DNA of 64,000 bases, taken from NCBI GenBank assembly GCA_025594325.1, contig JANHCV010000001.1:434001-498000 (forward strand), read 5' to 3'. Each line of letters begins with the position of its first letter. Position 1 is the first letter of the stretch. Source of the DNA: Blastocladiella emersonii ATCC 22665. Taxonomy: Eukaryota > Fungi > Blastocladiomycota. Under the pieces are notes generated by a model. That model was given only the letters and a program-made list of their open reading frames with translations, was not told the origin of the DNA and did no database searches. Made by a program: the position numbers and the translations under genes. This document shows positions 1 to 11,700 of this stretch, piece after piece.

Positions 1-260
1 GAGACGTTTCGCTGACGGTTAACTTAGGGCGATGCGTCACGGGGCCGAACCATGAGCGGGATCAAGTGAGTGGCCGGAGTGCTGCGCCACAGACCCACCC
101 GAGCCACACGCGCGTGCATCGCGGTGCTCTCGGGTCGGGTGTCGAGGCTACCAGTCCGACTTCCGTCGCCTGCTCGAGCACCCCATAAAAGCGACGGACC
201 GCCCTCGACCCGACCCGATCTATCCTCTGCTCCCCTCATAGATTCAGTAGACGAAACGCC

Positions 261-1226
261 ATGATCCACGCCCCCGCCCTCCTCGCCATAATCGCGCTCG
301 CGTCCCTCACCACGTCGGTGCACGCGTGGGGCAACGAGGGCCACGAGGCCGTCGGCACCATCGCCTACAAATTCCTGCAGCCCAAGACCAAGACCACCGT
401 CGACCAGCTGCTCAAGATCGGCAACTACTCGTCCATCGAGCAGGCCGCCACCTGGCCCGACTGGTACCGAGGCACGGGCGGGCACCCCGAGACCACCGCG
501 CACCACTTTATCAATGCGTACGTTGACTGTACTTCGGCTTCGGGCGAGCAATCGACTAACCACGAGCAATCGGACTATAGCCAGGACGAGCCGACGGCGC
601 ACCCGCAAATGTGCGGCCTCGTGTACCCCAAGGACTGCACGTCGGCGTCGTGCGTGGTCGAGCAGATCGCCGTGTCGGCGGGCCACCTCGCAAAGTACCG
701 CCGCCGCCCCGTGTACGGCCGCAAGAACGCGACCGCAGACCTCGAGGCCGGCATGGCGCTGTCGTTCCTGACCCACTACGTCGGCGACATTGCCCAGCCG
801 CTGCACGCGTCGGGCTTCCTCAAGGGCGGCAACGGCGTCAACGTGACCTTCGCCGGCAAGACGGTCAACATGCACAAGGCGTGGGACAGCACCATCCTGC
901 AGAAGACGATCGCAACCGAGTTTGCCGGCGACAAGGCGCAGTGGGTCGACAACCTGATCGCGTCGGCCGATCCCGACGGCGCGACGTACGTGCGGTGCGC
1001 CGAGAAGGTGGATGGGACCGATTTTGCGGCGGCCGAGGCGTGCGCCGTCAAGTGGGCGCAGGAGTCGGTCAAGCTTGTGTGCACGGCCGTGTTCCCAGAG
1101 GACTACTACAAGGAGAACATGGAGATCGCAAACGAGTACTTCGCGTTTGCCCGCCGCATCGTCGACAACCAGGTCCTGACGGCCGGGCTCCGGCTCGCGG
1201 CGGTGCTGAACACGATCTTTGCGTGA
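261..1226 (+). CDS. Secreted S1/P1 nuclease; predicted join(261..517,581..1226)
   Basis: Signal peptide then WGNEGH, plus WPD, HFINA, FLTHYVGDIAQPLH and NMHKAWD zinc-ligand motifs. The 63-nt GTACGT..ACTAAC..CTATAG intron, once removed, gives HFINAQDEP...C. Confidence 0.92.
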   Translation: MIHAPALLAIIALASLTTSVHAWGNEGHEAVGTIAYKFLQPKTKTTVDQLLKIGNYSSIEQAATWPDWYRGTGGHPETTAHHFINAYVDCTSASGEQSTNHEQSDYSQDEPTAHPQMCGLVYPKDCTSASCVVEQIAVSAGHLAKYRRRPVYGRKNATADLEAGMALSFLTHYVGDIAQPLHASGFLKGGNGVNVTFAGKTVNMHKAWDSTILQKTIATEFAGDKAQWVDNLIASADPDGATYVRCAEKVDGTDFAAAEACAVKWAQESVKLVCTAVFPEDYYKENMEIANEYFAFARRIVDNQVLTAGLRLAAVLNTIFA

Positions 1227-1574
1227 TGGCGAGGTGTCGAAGTGGTTGTCCTGATGGAGTAAGGTTGGAGTTCAGTCAATGGAACAGCATAAATGACGTT
1301 GCGCAGCGCAGGGCGCGAGACCGGTGGGCGAGTGCAGTGGTTCGAGACGCGATGCGCCACACCCGCGAGGAACACAACGAAGCCGACTGAACGAGAGGAA
1401 CACGCTGCGAGCTGGGAGGGAACGCAGTGTCACATACCGAGGGGCACTTGACCGATGCGACGGGAGACTAGTACGGGAAACTATTTAGCAACTTTGCGGG
1501 CGTTGTGATCTGACAGCGGCGGACCGCGGGAGTCGACGCGGGCGTATATTGCCAGAGTCTGCAGTATAAACGTT

Positions 1575-1741
1575 GTCGGGCGTTGGTGGAGTGGCATCCA
1601 CCTTCGCCGGGCGCGTACGCGTATAATGCCAGGGATCACCCCCTCCTGAGCCCCGGATCAAATCGCGCCAGGCGACCGGCCCAGCTCAGATGAATAACAA
1701 GCCCGCAAGGGAAGGGGTCCTGGGCAGGTAACGTAACGCAT
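1575..1741. repeat. Conserved non-coding element, copy 1, upstream of SNF2-RING-like gene
   Basis: Reverse complement matches 7623-7796 and 13369-13530. The 44-nt core 1575-1618 is identical to 7753-7796. Confidence 0.85.
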
Positions 1742-2010
1742 GGCAGAACGGTCCAGAAAGAAAGGAGTGTATGAGAAAAAGAAAAAAACAAATTTAATAG
1801 TTTTTTTTTCTCGGAAAACAGGCGACCCACGCAGGCTCGAGCTTTTGCCGTTCGCGCGGCAACGACGCGCTTGACAGGCGCACGTGACCGACGCGTCTTG
1901 GACTGGCCTGTGGCGGCGGCCGTTCCCACACGGCGGTCCGCCATTTCCTCCCTCCCTCCCGCCGCCCCGTTGGTATATCGCCACCCGCATTGCACTAACT
2001 CACTATCTCG

Positions 2011-5000
2011 ATGCAACGAATGGACTCCATGGACCCGACGGCGCTCGCCGACTTTGACGCGCCCGCCGCGCGACACGACCCCATGCGCGAATCGCCGCTA
2101 CTCGCGATTGACGAGGACCCTGTCAACGCTAATCGACAGCAGCTACTCGATCCCGCCACCCCGCCACCGCCGCTCGACGCAGCCGACTTTGACCGCCGCG
2201 TCCTCGCCGAGCGCGTGGCGCGCGGGTGGTGGTGCCCGTTCCCGCACACGCCCGCGTCGCTGCTCGAGCAGCGCTGCAAGGACGGCGCCGAGGCCCGCAA
2301 GCTTCTCAACGAGTGCGCGCCGATCCGGAACCTCGCCGACGAGGACGGCGTCGTGGCTTCCCTGTTGTTACACGACTCTTCGCAGCACACTCGCATTGCT
2401 TCCTTTCCCCAAGCCAATCCCGGCCTGCCCTCGTCCGGGTCCCCTCCTGCCGCTTCTGCCGGTACGTCACGGCACGCCCCTTCCATCTCTAGTAGCGTCA
2501 AACTGACCTGCTGCTCTAACACCTTCGCCCCGCCTGGCAAAAAATCGGCCCGCGTCTAGCCGATCCCGCAACGCCTCCGCAGTACTACTACCTCGCCACC
2601 TACCACGTCCTGCAGCAAGAGCCGCTCCCGCTGGACGGCCACCGCCGCCTCGCCGTTCCTGGCATCGAGTTCCAGAACCGCATCGCCCCCGCCCTGGACT
2701 CGGACCCCAGGCCTGCCGCGACCTACGTGCAGTTCAGGGACCCTGCCGCCGCGCCCTTCTTCGTGGTAGCGGTCCGCGACACCCCCGCCACGCCGCCGCA
2801 CCCGTCGCCGCACCACTCGTTGCCGCGACCGATCCCGGCGTCAGCGGCGGCGGCTTCACCGGCAGCATCTCAGCCGATGCCGAGCGAGAAGTGGAAGAGG
2901 CACCGCTGGCACCACTACACGCTCGAATTTTACCTCGACGCGGACGCCGTCAACCGCAGCCTGCGCGCCGGCGTCCCGGGAGCCGCCCGCGCCGTTCGCC
3001 GGCTGCTGCGGTCGCACCCTCCGATCCCGCCGCGGGCCATGCTCGACGAAGTCGCTTCCGCTTCCTTATCACCGCCGCTGCTCTCGCTCTGGCGCCCGAC
3101 TTGGCCTCCAGCGTCTCTACCGCGAGGCCTGCCGCGAGGGCTGCCCGGATCGCTCAACAACAACTCGAACGACTCCAACGGCATGCTTGTCGCCTGGCTC
3201 GTGCAGCTTGAGGCAGATCCATACGTGCTTCCGGTATCGCCGCCATCCGCTTTGGTGAGGCAGCCATACTTGCGCATCGGGCCCGACGGCGTGCTCTTCA
3301 ACCTCGAACTTGGCGACTGGGCCGAGCACGACGACGTGTGGTCTCCTCCCTTGCCTCAGCAGCCTCAGCAGCCGCAGCGGGCATCGTCACCGCCGCTGCC
3401 GCACTCTCCCGTCGTGCCAGCCGCTGGCGAGGTGATAAGCGCGGGCGCCATCTTCTCGCCGCTGTCCGAGGACCTCTTTCTGTCGATTGCGCAGCTGGCC
3501 CGCGTGCGTCCCGGTCGCTTGGACTCGGCCGCGGCCACAGCCACAGCCACGGTCACGGTCACGGCGGCCCGGCCGACGTACATTTCGTCGCGGGCCACGC
3601 TGCTCGTGCTCAACGCGGCCGACGTGCCCGAGGCGCTGCGTTGCATGTTTGGACTTGGGACGAGCAAGACTTCCCGTTCCGGAAATGCGACGCGGTCCGC
3701 AAGACGAGGCGGTGGACGTAGCGGCGGCGGCGGTCCAGCTGAGGCGACCACCGCTCCACCTCTCCCAGATCCGCCGCGGCCGCTTTGCATCGTCACCATC
3801 TGGAGCATGAAAAAGTACCGCGCGACGACGTGGGACCAGATCCGCGACGCCGACCTTGTGCTTGTTGCGCCGGCCGTCATCATGCGTCCCGACTACCGCG
3901 ACCACATTGCTTCGCTGGTCGGCGAGACCGAGTACCACGGGCCCGGCGCGTTTCGCGGCGGCCGCGACAGTCGTGGTGGTTTCGGGTCCGGCGTCCCCGA
4001 GGACATGTCTCCCCAGCAGTACGAGTTCTCGGAGCTGCTCGCCGAGCGCATCGCGGCCCTCAATGCAGCGGGCCCCGCGGCGTACGGGTCGACGCGGGGC
4101 GAGGTCATCTTCGAGCGCGTCTGGTTCCACCGCGTGTTCCTGTTCAACGCGCACCAGCGCATGGATTTGGTGCAGGTCAACGCATGGAGCGCCCGCCTGG
4201 CCAACTACGGCGCCCTCTTGTCGAAGCGCAGCCGCGCCGGCGAGCACGGGCCTCCGCCCGCGGTCGGCGAGCGGATCACCGCCCTGCAGTCCAAGGTGGC
4301 CTCCCACCAGGTCCTGTGCGGGTTCGCCGGCAGCTTCAAGTACGCCGTCGTGCTGCCGCCGCTGCAGCTGCAGGACGGGCGCGACTTCAAGGACTGGGCC
4401 GACCGGCTGCCGGCCCCAGCGCTGCGTGCATACCTGCAGCATCTCCCGCTCGGCGACGCGCTCCCGAACCTGCCGCACGCCGACTGGGTCGGGTTCATGC
4501 AGCGGGCCACCCGCATGACGACGACCACGGCCACCGCAGCCCCTGCTGTGGCTCCCGCTGCGGTCCCCGCGGCGAGTGCATCGGGGACTCGCACTCCCGC
4601 TCGTGCTGCCGCTGACGCTTCCGTCCCCGTCGCACCGCTTCCTGCTGTCGACCAGTACGCAACATCGGTGGTCGCCGTGGTCCCGACGGCGGCCGAGCTT
4701 CTTCTCGCGCACGGCCAGGCCCCGTTCGCCCTGATCCCAGATCATTCGCCGAGTCGCTCGGCTTCTTTGGCGGCACCTCGAGCTCCTGGTCCGGCAGTCG
4801 GCTTCGTACCGTTTTCGCGGTACCGCCAGCTGCGCGGCCTCATGCGCGGGCTGCAGCACCACCAGCTGTCGTCTCTACCTGCCCTCGCCGCCGCCGCCCC
4901 CGCTGCTGCCGCCGTCGCCGTTCCTCGACCGATTCTCGCTGTCGCGCGGGAGGCCCTCGCGCTCTCGCTCTGCAGGACACGGACGCGGCCGCTGACACCG

Positions 5001-6152
5001 GCAACACGGGCCGCCGCGTGGCTCCTCGCGGCCTCCGCGGCGGCGGCCGCCGCCGTTTCTTCTGCTGCGGCTGCATGTGCATCAGCAACCAATCCCGCGG
5101 CCTCGCTCCGGTGCGCGTCGTGCTCGGCCGCTATTGATATCTCGCGGGACGGGTTCGCCATCACGCCGTGCCACCACGTCTTTTGCCGCGCGTGCCCGGC
5201 GGCGTGCTTCTCGGGCGATAGCAGCAGCACTGGTGGTCTCGAGGCCAGTTGCGGCGCGTGTCGCCAGTCGATTGACCATGACCTCGTCAGCCGCGGGCGC
5301 GGTATCCCGGCTCGACTCGACGATTTCTCGGTTTTGCCGTCGACCATGATGATGACCTCCTCGGCCCCCTTCGCGTCGTCGTCCATCACCCCCGCACCAT
5401 CTGATCCTGCCGCATCGAGCAGCAGCAGCGAGGCCTTTCCGACACCTTCCTCCTCCTCGATCGCGTCGTCGTGCCCAGCGCCGCCACGCCTGCCCACCAG
5501 TCTCTCGTCCGCGCGGTACGGCAGCAAGCTCGCGGCGGTCCTCGAGTACATTGTCGAACAGGAGCACCTGTACCAGTCCGAGCAGCACCAGCACCAGCGG
5601 CAGAAGTCGTCGTCGCAGTCGCGTCGCGCGGCACCCGTGCCATCTGCGCCACCCGCGGCGGCGACAGATCATCCTCGCCGAGGCCCGCGCACCGTCGTGT
5701 GGACCCAGTTTCCGGGATTCGCCGCGCTGCTCGTCGCGGCCCTCGCCGAGCACGGCGGGATCTGCGCCATCGACGGGATCGCGGCAGGCCACCCGGCCGC
5801 TGCCGCCGCAACCGAGGCCGCCTGCCGCGCGTTCGAGCGGCTCGATACGGCGGCGGCGGCGGCAGCGTCGGTGGTCATCTGCCTCAACCCCGAGACCTAC
5901 CTCTACCGCTGCGCCGCCCTCGCGGTGAGCCACGTCGTGTTCGCCCACCCGCTGCTGGCCAAGACCGAGTCGGCCGCGCACGACCTCGAGATGCGCGTCC
6001 TCGCCGCCGTCATGCCCTCCACCGTCGGCCGTCCCGAACGGGCCGCTACTACGGGTGCCGCGGACCGCCGAGTTCGCGTCGCACGCTTCGTGGTTTCGGG
6101 CACGGTCGAGGTCGCGCTGACAGAGCGGCGCACGCGTTCCCTGTGGGAGTAG
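2011..6152 (+). CDS. Degenerate SNF2 (RAD5/16- or DNMT5-like) helicase-fold protein with C3HC4 RING; join(2011..2461,2560..6152), 1347 aa
   Basis: A 98-nt GTACGT..CTAAC..CTAG intron joins the two ORFs in frame. Motifs in order: RATLLVL, DADLVLVA, WFHRVFLFNAH (Walker B position), RING CASC..CHHVFCRAC..CGAC, YGSKLAAV, TVVWTQF, SHVVFAHPLL, RVARFVVSGTVE. Confidence 0.75.
5675..6121. repeat. 447-bp perfect inverted repeat, left arm (partner 8823..9269)
   Basis: Base-by-base comparison with the reverse complement of 8823-9269 showed no mismatch. Confidence 0.9.
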
Positions 6153-6655
6153 TCGTAGTTGCAGCCGGCGCCGCCGCCCATTCGCGCTCGATCGATCACC
6201 ATCGCGGCCGCCGTCGCCGTGGCCACGGCCGCCACGCTGGATCGCTTGCTCACTTGACTTGCTCGCTCTCTGCCGCCCGCCCCTGCGTCGCCCTGTCGTT
6301 TCTGTCGTCGTCGTCGAGATTTGACTCTTACCCCATCATCCCCATCCCCTGTTCATCGCATATACATACATCAATCAGCGCAGCGGGCATGGGCATCAGT
6401 GACCCCGGGTCGTGCGTGACGTGATACTTGGCGCGCGCAATCCGACCAGCGCTCGCGCTTTGAAAAACGATGGAGCCGCGGCGAAATCTCGCGCGTTCGC
6501 CCGCTTCACTCGCCTCACACGGCACACGAGTCGAAGCGGCGAGCGGCTCGCTCGAATCAACGCGGGCAGGGTCGGTGGTCCATCAAGGGTTGCAAGCGCG
6601 GATGGGGAATGAACGGGTTGCGTGTGTGTACATTCCATTTAAGATTTAAGTTGTG

Positions 6656-7224
6656 CTAAGCTAAGGTGGGGAGAGGATGGGTGTTCGAGAGCAGTGGTAG
6701 GAGGGAGGGTGTGGTGGTGGTGGTGGGCGGGTGGAGGACGCGCGGCGGTCGCACCGTGGCCGCTACGGGGTCGTGGCCGTGGTCGAGGTCGCCGCCGGGA
6801 TCGTCGGGGTCGTCGGGGTGCGAGACCGCGAACTTGGCGGTCCGCTTCACCGCCATCGTGTAGTCCATCTTGGACTTGCGGTCGCGGAGCTCGTGCTGGT
6901 AGCGGCGGCGGATGTAGTCGCGCACCTGGGTCGTGAGCTCGAGCTGGCCCTGCGCGCCGATGCGCGCCTTGGCAACGGGCACCACCACCCGCGCGCCACG
7001 CGCTCGGCGAGGACGCGGCGGTCAAAGTCGGCCGCGTCGAGCGGGGGTGGCGTTCGGGGATCGAGATCGAGATCGAGAAGCTGCTGTCCACGGGGTTCAG
7101 GGTGCTGGTCAATCGCAAGCAGCGGCGGCGGCGATGCTCGGACGGGGTCAAGTCGCGCGACGGGCGCGTCAAAGTCGCCCAGCGCCGTCGTGTCCGCCGG
7201 GCCCGCCGAATCCATTCGTTGCAT
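6656..7224 (-). pseudogene. Chimeric third paralog: N-terminal module (ATG 7224) fused at ~6974 to an unrelated coding-like segment that is out of frame by 1 nt
   Basis: MQRMDS...PPPLDAADFDRRVLAERVARGWWCP matches both long paralogs, then homology stops. The downstream frame (KARIGAQGQLELTTQVRDYIRRRYQHEL...) has strong GC3 codon bias. Confidence 0.65.
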
Positions 7225-7622
7225 TGAGCGAGCGAGTTTGCAAGTAGTGCAGGGAGTCTTGTTGTTGAGCAGCAAGCGGCCGGCCTGGTTCTACACATGG
7301 GGGAGAGGCCGCGCGCGGGAGCGGGCGCCGCCACAGCGCGATCGGGCGGAAACGCGAGGTCACGGCGTCGCACGCGCCGCGCCACGTGCGCGTATCCGGA
7401 TATCTCTATATCACCCATTCAGGCTCGACTCGATTGCCGGCCATCATCGGGGCAGTTCTCGAGAGATCATTCTCTCGATCGATTGATAGACAGATAGCAT
7501 GACGAGACGAGACGAACGGCAGGAACGGCAAAAAGAAGTTTACAAGCGTTATTTATATTTTAGTTACTCAAGTTCGTTCTTTTCACCACTCTTCCACCTA
7601 CTCCAAACCGGCTCGTGTCTGC

Positions 7623-7796
7623 ATGCGTTACGTTACTCGCCAGGGTCCCCTTCCCTTTTCGGGCTTGTCATCCATCAGAGCCTTGCCGGTCCGGTCTATG
7701 ACGGGAGTTGATCCGGGGACTCACGGGGGGGAAGATCCCTCAGCTTTGACTCGTACGCGCCCGGCGAAGGTGGATGCCACTCCACCAACGCCCGAC
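7623..7796. repeat. Conserved non-coding element, copy 2
   Basis: GCGTTACGTTAC...CCCCTTCCC...GATCCGGGG...GTACGCGCCCGGCGAAGGTGGATGCCACTCCACCAACGCCCGAC. Confidence 0.85.
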
Positions 7797-8794
7797 CTAG
7801 ACATAGCAAGCAACCTCGCACATCTACCCGTGTCCCGCGGCTCCCCCGTGTTCCTCAGCTCCCTCCGCCGCAGTATCGCCGCCAGCCCTGCTCCCGTTGA
7901 CGATGCGGACGGTTTCCGCTCGTTCTCGCCGCAACCAACTCCTTTGCCGCTCTTGAGGTACCCCGGCACAACCCGACCCGTTCAGCAGCATGGCAACGTT
8001 GACGTCAAAGCGGGCCCGCAGGATCGTTCCACCCGTGAACTCCAAGCGCGTTTGCCAAACACTGACGAGGACTTCTCACGGTCACGCAACGTTGACTCAC
8101 GCTCAGTTTCGCGCGGCCACACGCCTTGCTTCAAGGAAGGTATGGGAGAATGTCGCCCGTCCGCGAGGCCCACTTCACCGAGAACTGATCTCGTCTGCTC
8201 AAGCATCGAGTAAGGAGACTTGTAGACGAGAAATCGGGACCCTTGTCCGCAACTGGTTGTGTCGGACGTCCTCTCGGAGCTGTCCATCGACGCGAGAACC
8301 GAATCGGCGCCCGCAAGCTTCTTGAAGCACGCGTCGATCGCGCCAGTTCCCTTGTCCGCGCACACCCTCACCGATCCGCTTCGCACGAACCCACGATTCG
8401 TATGCGACACGTGCATCCATTACGATCCCGCCGCGTATACATTTGCCCGCGTTAGTTGACTGAACAGCTCTCTGCCTCGTCTCGTCTCGGATCCGCGCCC
8501 CGCATCGCGCGGGTGAAAGTGAAGTGAAGTGAAGGAAGTTGGTCGCTCGCGGGTCGATGATCGCGATCAATGAACGCGCTCGCGCTGCTTTACTCGGCCA
8601 ACACGACTTCGAGTCTGCTCTCTTATCAAGGTTGTGATGCGATGCGATGCAGAACGTGTGTATGCAATGACCGTACTACGGTCAGTGAACAAAGAACAGG
8701 GTGAGTGGACCTCGAGGAGGATGCGGCAGCAGCGCGGCCATGGCCCGATCGATCCGTGGTCCATGGCCGCGGGCAGGGGCCGCGAGCGACGCGA

Positions 8795-11700
8795 CTACCA
8801 CAGGGCACGCGTGCGCCGCTCGGTCAGCGCGACCTCGACCGTGCCCGAAACCACGAAGCGTGCGACGCGAACTCGGCGGTCCGCGGCACCCGTAGTAGCG
8901 GCCCGTTCGGGACGGCCGACGGTGGAGGGCATGACGGCGGCGAGGACGCGCATCTCGAGGTCGTGCGCGGCCGACTCGGTCTTGGCCAGCAGCGGGTGGG
9001 CGAACACGACGTGGCTCACCGCGAGGGCGGCGCAGCGGTAGAGGTAGGTCTCGGGGTTGAGGCAGATGACCACCGACGCTGCCGCCGCCGCCGCCGTATC
9101 GAGCCGCTCGAACGCGCGGCAGGCGGCCTCGGTTGCGGCGGCAGCGGCCGGGTGGCCTGCCGCGATCCCGTCGATGGCGCAGATCCCGCCGTGCTCGGCG
9201 AGGGCCGCGACGAGCAGCGCGGCGAATCCCGGAAACTGGGTCCACACGACGGTGCGCGGGCCTCGGCGATGATAGGTCGCGGGTGCCGGTGCCGCGCCGC
9301 GCGGCTGTTGTTCCCGCTGCTGGTCGTCGTCCGGGTGCGGTGGCTGCTGATGCTGCCGCTGGACAATGTACGCGAGGATCGCCGCGACCTTGCTGCCGTA
9401 CCGCGCGGCCGAGAAGGTGGTGGGCGAGCGCGGCGGGGATCGCAGCAGCGGCGGTGGCGAAGATGGGCAGGATGCAGTCGAGGACAAGAAGTCGCTCTTC
9501 AGCTCGAGGCGGCGGGACCGGGTAGTGCCGTAGTGGTGGACGATGAGTGGGGGGCCGAGGCCATCATGGTCGACGGCGAGAACGAGTCGATGAGTAAAGC
9601 CGAACCAGTGTTGCTGTTCCCGCGGCTGACGAGGTCGCGGTCAATCGGCTGGCGACACGCGGCGCACGCGACAACAGTCAATGCTGGGTCCAGGGCGGTT
9701 CCACCGCTGGCCTCGAAGCTGCCGTCGCCCGAGACGAAGAACGCCAAGCAGCACGAGCGGCAAAAGACGTGGTGGCACGGCGTGATGGCAAACTCGCCGC
9801 GGGAGAGATCAATCGCGGCCGAGCACGACGCGCACCGAAGCGTGACGGCGGTATCGGGTGCTCTTACTGCAGCCGCGGCGGCTCCAGCGAGTAGCCACGC
9901 GGCGGCCCTCGACGTCGGTTCCCGGACGCCGCCCACCGATCGTGTGAGAGCCGCGCGTGCGACGACGAGCACGGGAAGAGGAACGGCGGCGGCGGCGGCG
10001 GGCGCAAGGATCGGCTGCGCTTCGAGGACGTCGCGAGGTGCTGGCAACGACGATGAAGCCGCGCGGTGCGCACCGCTTGCCGTAAAGTCACCCGGCAAGT
10101 CGGACGCGATGGCCAGAGAAGCCAGCTGGTGGTGCTGCAGCCCGCGCATGAGACCGCGCAGCTGGCGGTAACGCGAGAGAGGTACCGGACCGGCCGCTGG
10201 CGTACCGTACGGCTGGGATGCCGCCAAAGCAGACGGATTCGGAAAAGCACCACTGGGTTGCAAAGCAAATGTGGCCTGGCCGTGCGCGAGAAGAAGCTCG
10301 GCCGCTGTCGGCACCACGGTGATCACCGCCGTTGCAAGCCGATCAACGGCAGCAACGGTACGTGGTCCTCGAGCGGGAGCTGTAGCGGGACCAGGCGGTG
10401 CTGCAGTCGTAGCGGGACGGCGACTCGCCGTCGCTGCCGCGGGACCGCGAGGCCCCGCCGCTGCACCGAGAGCGCGACGTGTCGCAGTCGTAGTAGGGCC
10501 GCGAGGTGCCGTGGCTGCGGCGGGAACGGCGGCGGCCGTCGTCACCGTAGTCGTCATGCGGGTGGCCCGCTGCATGAACCCGACCCAGTCGGCGTGCGGC
10601 AGGTTCGGGAGCGTGCTGCCAAGCGGGAGATGCTGCAGGAACGCAGGCAGTTCGCGGGCCGGAAGCTCGTCCGCCCAATCCTTGAAGTCCATGTCGTCGG
10701 GCAGCTGCTTTGGCGGCGGCGGCACGACCGTGTACTTGAAGCTACCGGCGAGTCCGCGAAGCATCTGGTACGAGGTCAGCATGGGCTGCAGCACGCCGAG
10801 TCGCTCGGCGAGCGCGGGAACGAGCCCGCGCTCGCCCGCGCGGCTGCGCTTCGACAAGAGGGCGCTGTACTCGGCCTCGCGGAGGCGCCATCCAGCGACC
10901 GGCACCATCTCCATGCCATGGATGCCATGGTGGTCGTGGAACAGGAACACGCGGTGGAACCATACACGCTCAAAGATGACCTCGCCCCGGGTCGTCCCGT
11001 AACCCGCGGGGCCTGCCGCATTGAGAACCGCGACGCGCTCGGCGAGCAGCTCCGAGAACTCGTACTGCTGGGGAGACATGTCCTCGGGGACGCCGGACCC
11101 GAAACCACCACGACTGTCGCGGCCGCCGCGAAACGCGCCGGGCCCGTGGTACTCGGTCTCGCCGACGAGCGAAGCAATATGGGAGCGGTAGTCGGTGCTC
11201 ATGATGACGGCCGGCGCAACGAGCACAAGGTCGGCGTCGCGGATCTGGTTCCACTTCATGGCAAAGTACGTTTTCATGCTCCAGATGGCGAGGATGCGAA
11301 GCGGGCGCGCTGGCTGATCTGGACGAGGTCCATGAGCAGCCGCTGCTGCAGGCCCGGGCGCCGCCCCGGGTGGACCACCACCTCCCGCGGGCATTCCCGC
11401 GGCCGTCGTTGGAGCAGCCGCCGCGGCAGTGGGACGCGCCGCCGCCGCAATCCCGAACATGCGGTGCAGCACCTCGGGCACGTCGGTCGGTTCGAGGACA
11501 AGCAGCGTGGCCCGCGACAAAATGTACGACGACCGCGCCGCGTGTCTCCCAAGGCAGCGGAAGCAGCGGAAGCGGCGGCGGCAGCCGACGAGGCGAGGCT
11601 GCTCGGACGCACGCGGACCAGCCGATTAATCGACAGGAAGAGGTCTTTGGACAGCGGCGAGAAGATGGCGCCCGCGTGTAGTATTTCCTCCTCACCGCCA

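Noticed and set aside
1680-1730. Hammerhead, SRP or tRNA-derived SINE identity for the element
   Set aside because: No complete CUGAUGA/GAAA core and no SRP helix-8 motif. A B-box-like TTCGATCC appears only in copy 3.
7623-7796. Conserved element as U1 snRNA (TTACCTG, CGAAGGTGG and ATCCAT resemblances)
   Set aside because: The motifs are out of order, the 5' end is not conserved across copies, and the AUUGCAC loop and Sm site are absent.
7765-7800. Helitron 3' end (hairpin followed by CTAG)
   Set aside because: CTAG follows the hairpin only in copy 2 and is followed by A rather than T; no Rep/helicase gene is seen.
7623-8213. MRYVT small ORF conserved in the element
   Set aside because: Frame and length are not conserved among the three copies, and copy 3 lacks the ATG.
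9499-9501. TGA as selenocysteine or stop readthrough
   Set aside because: The homologous sequence continues in a different frame, so this is a frameshift rather than readthrough.
11546-11612. Possible GTGCGT..GAG intron rescuing the frameshift
   Set aside because: Splicing would still leave the wrong frame, there is no branch point, and the same segment is coding in copy 1.
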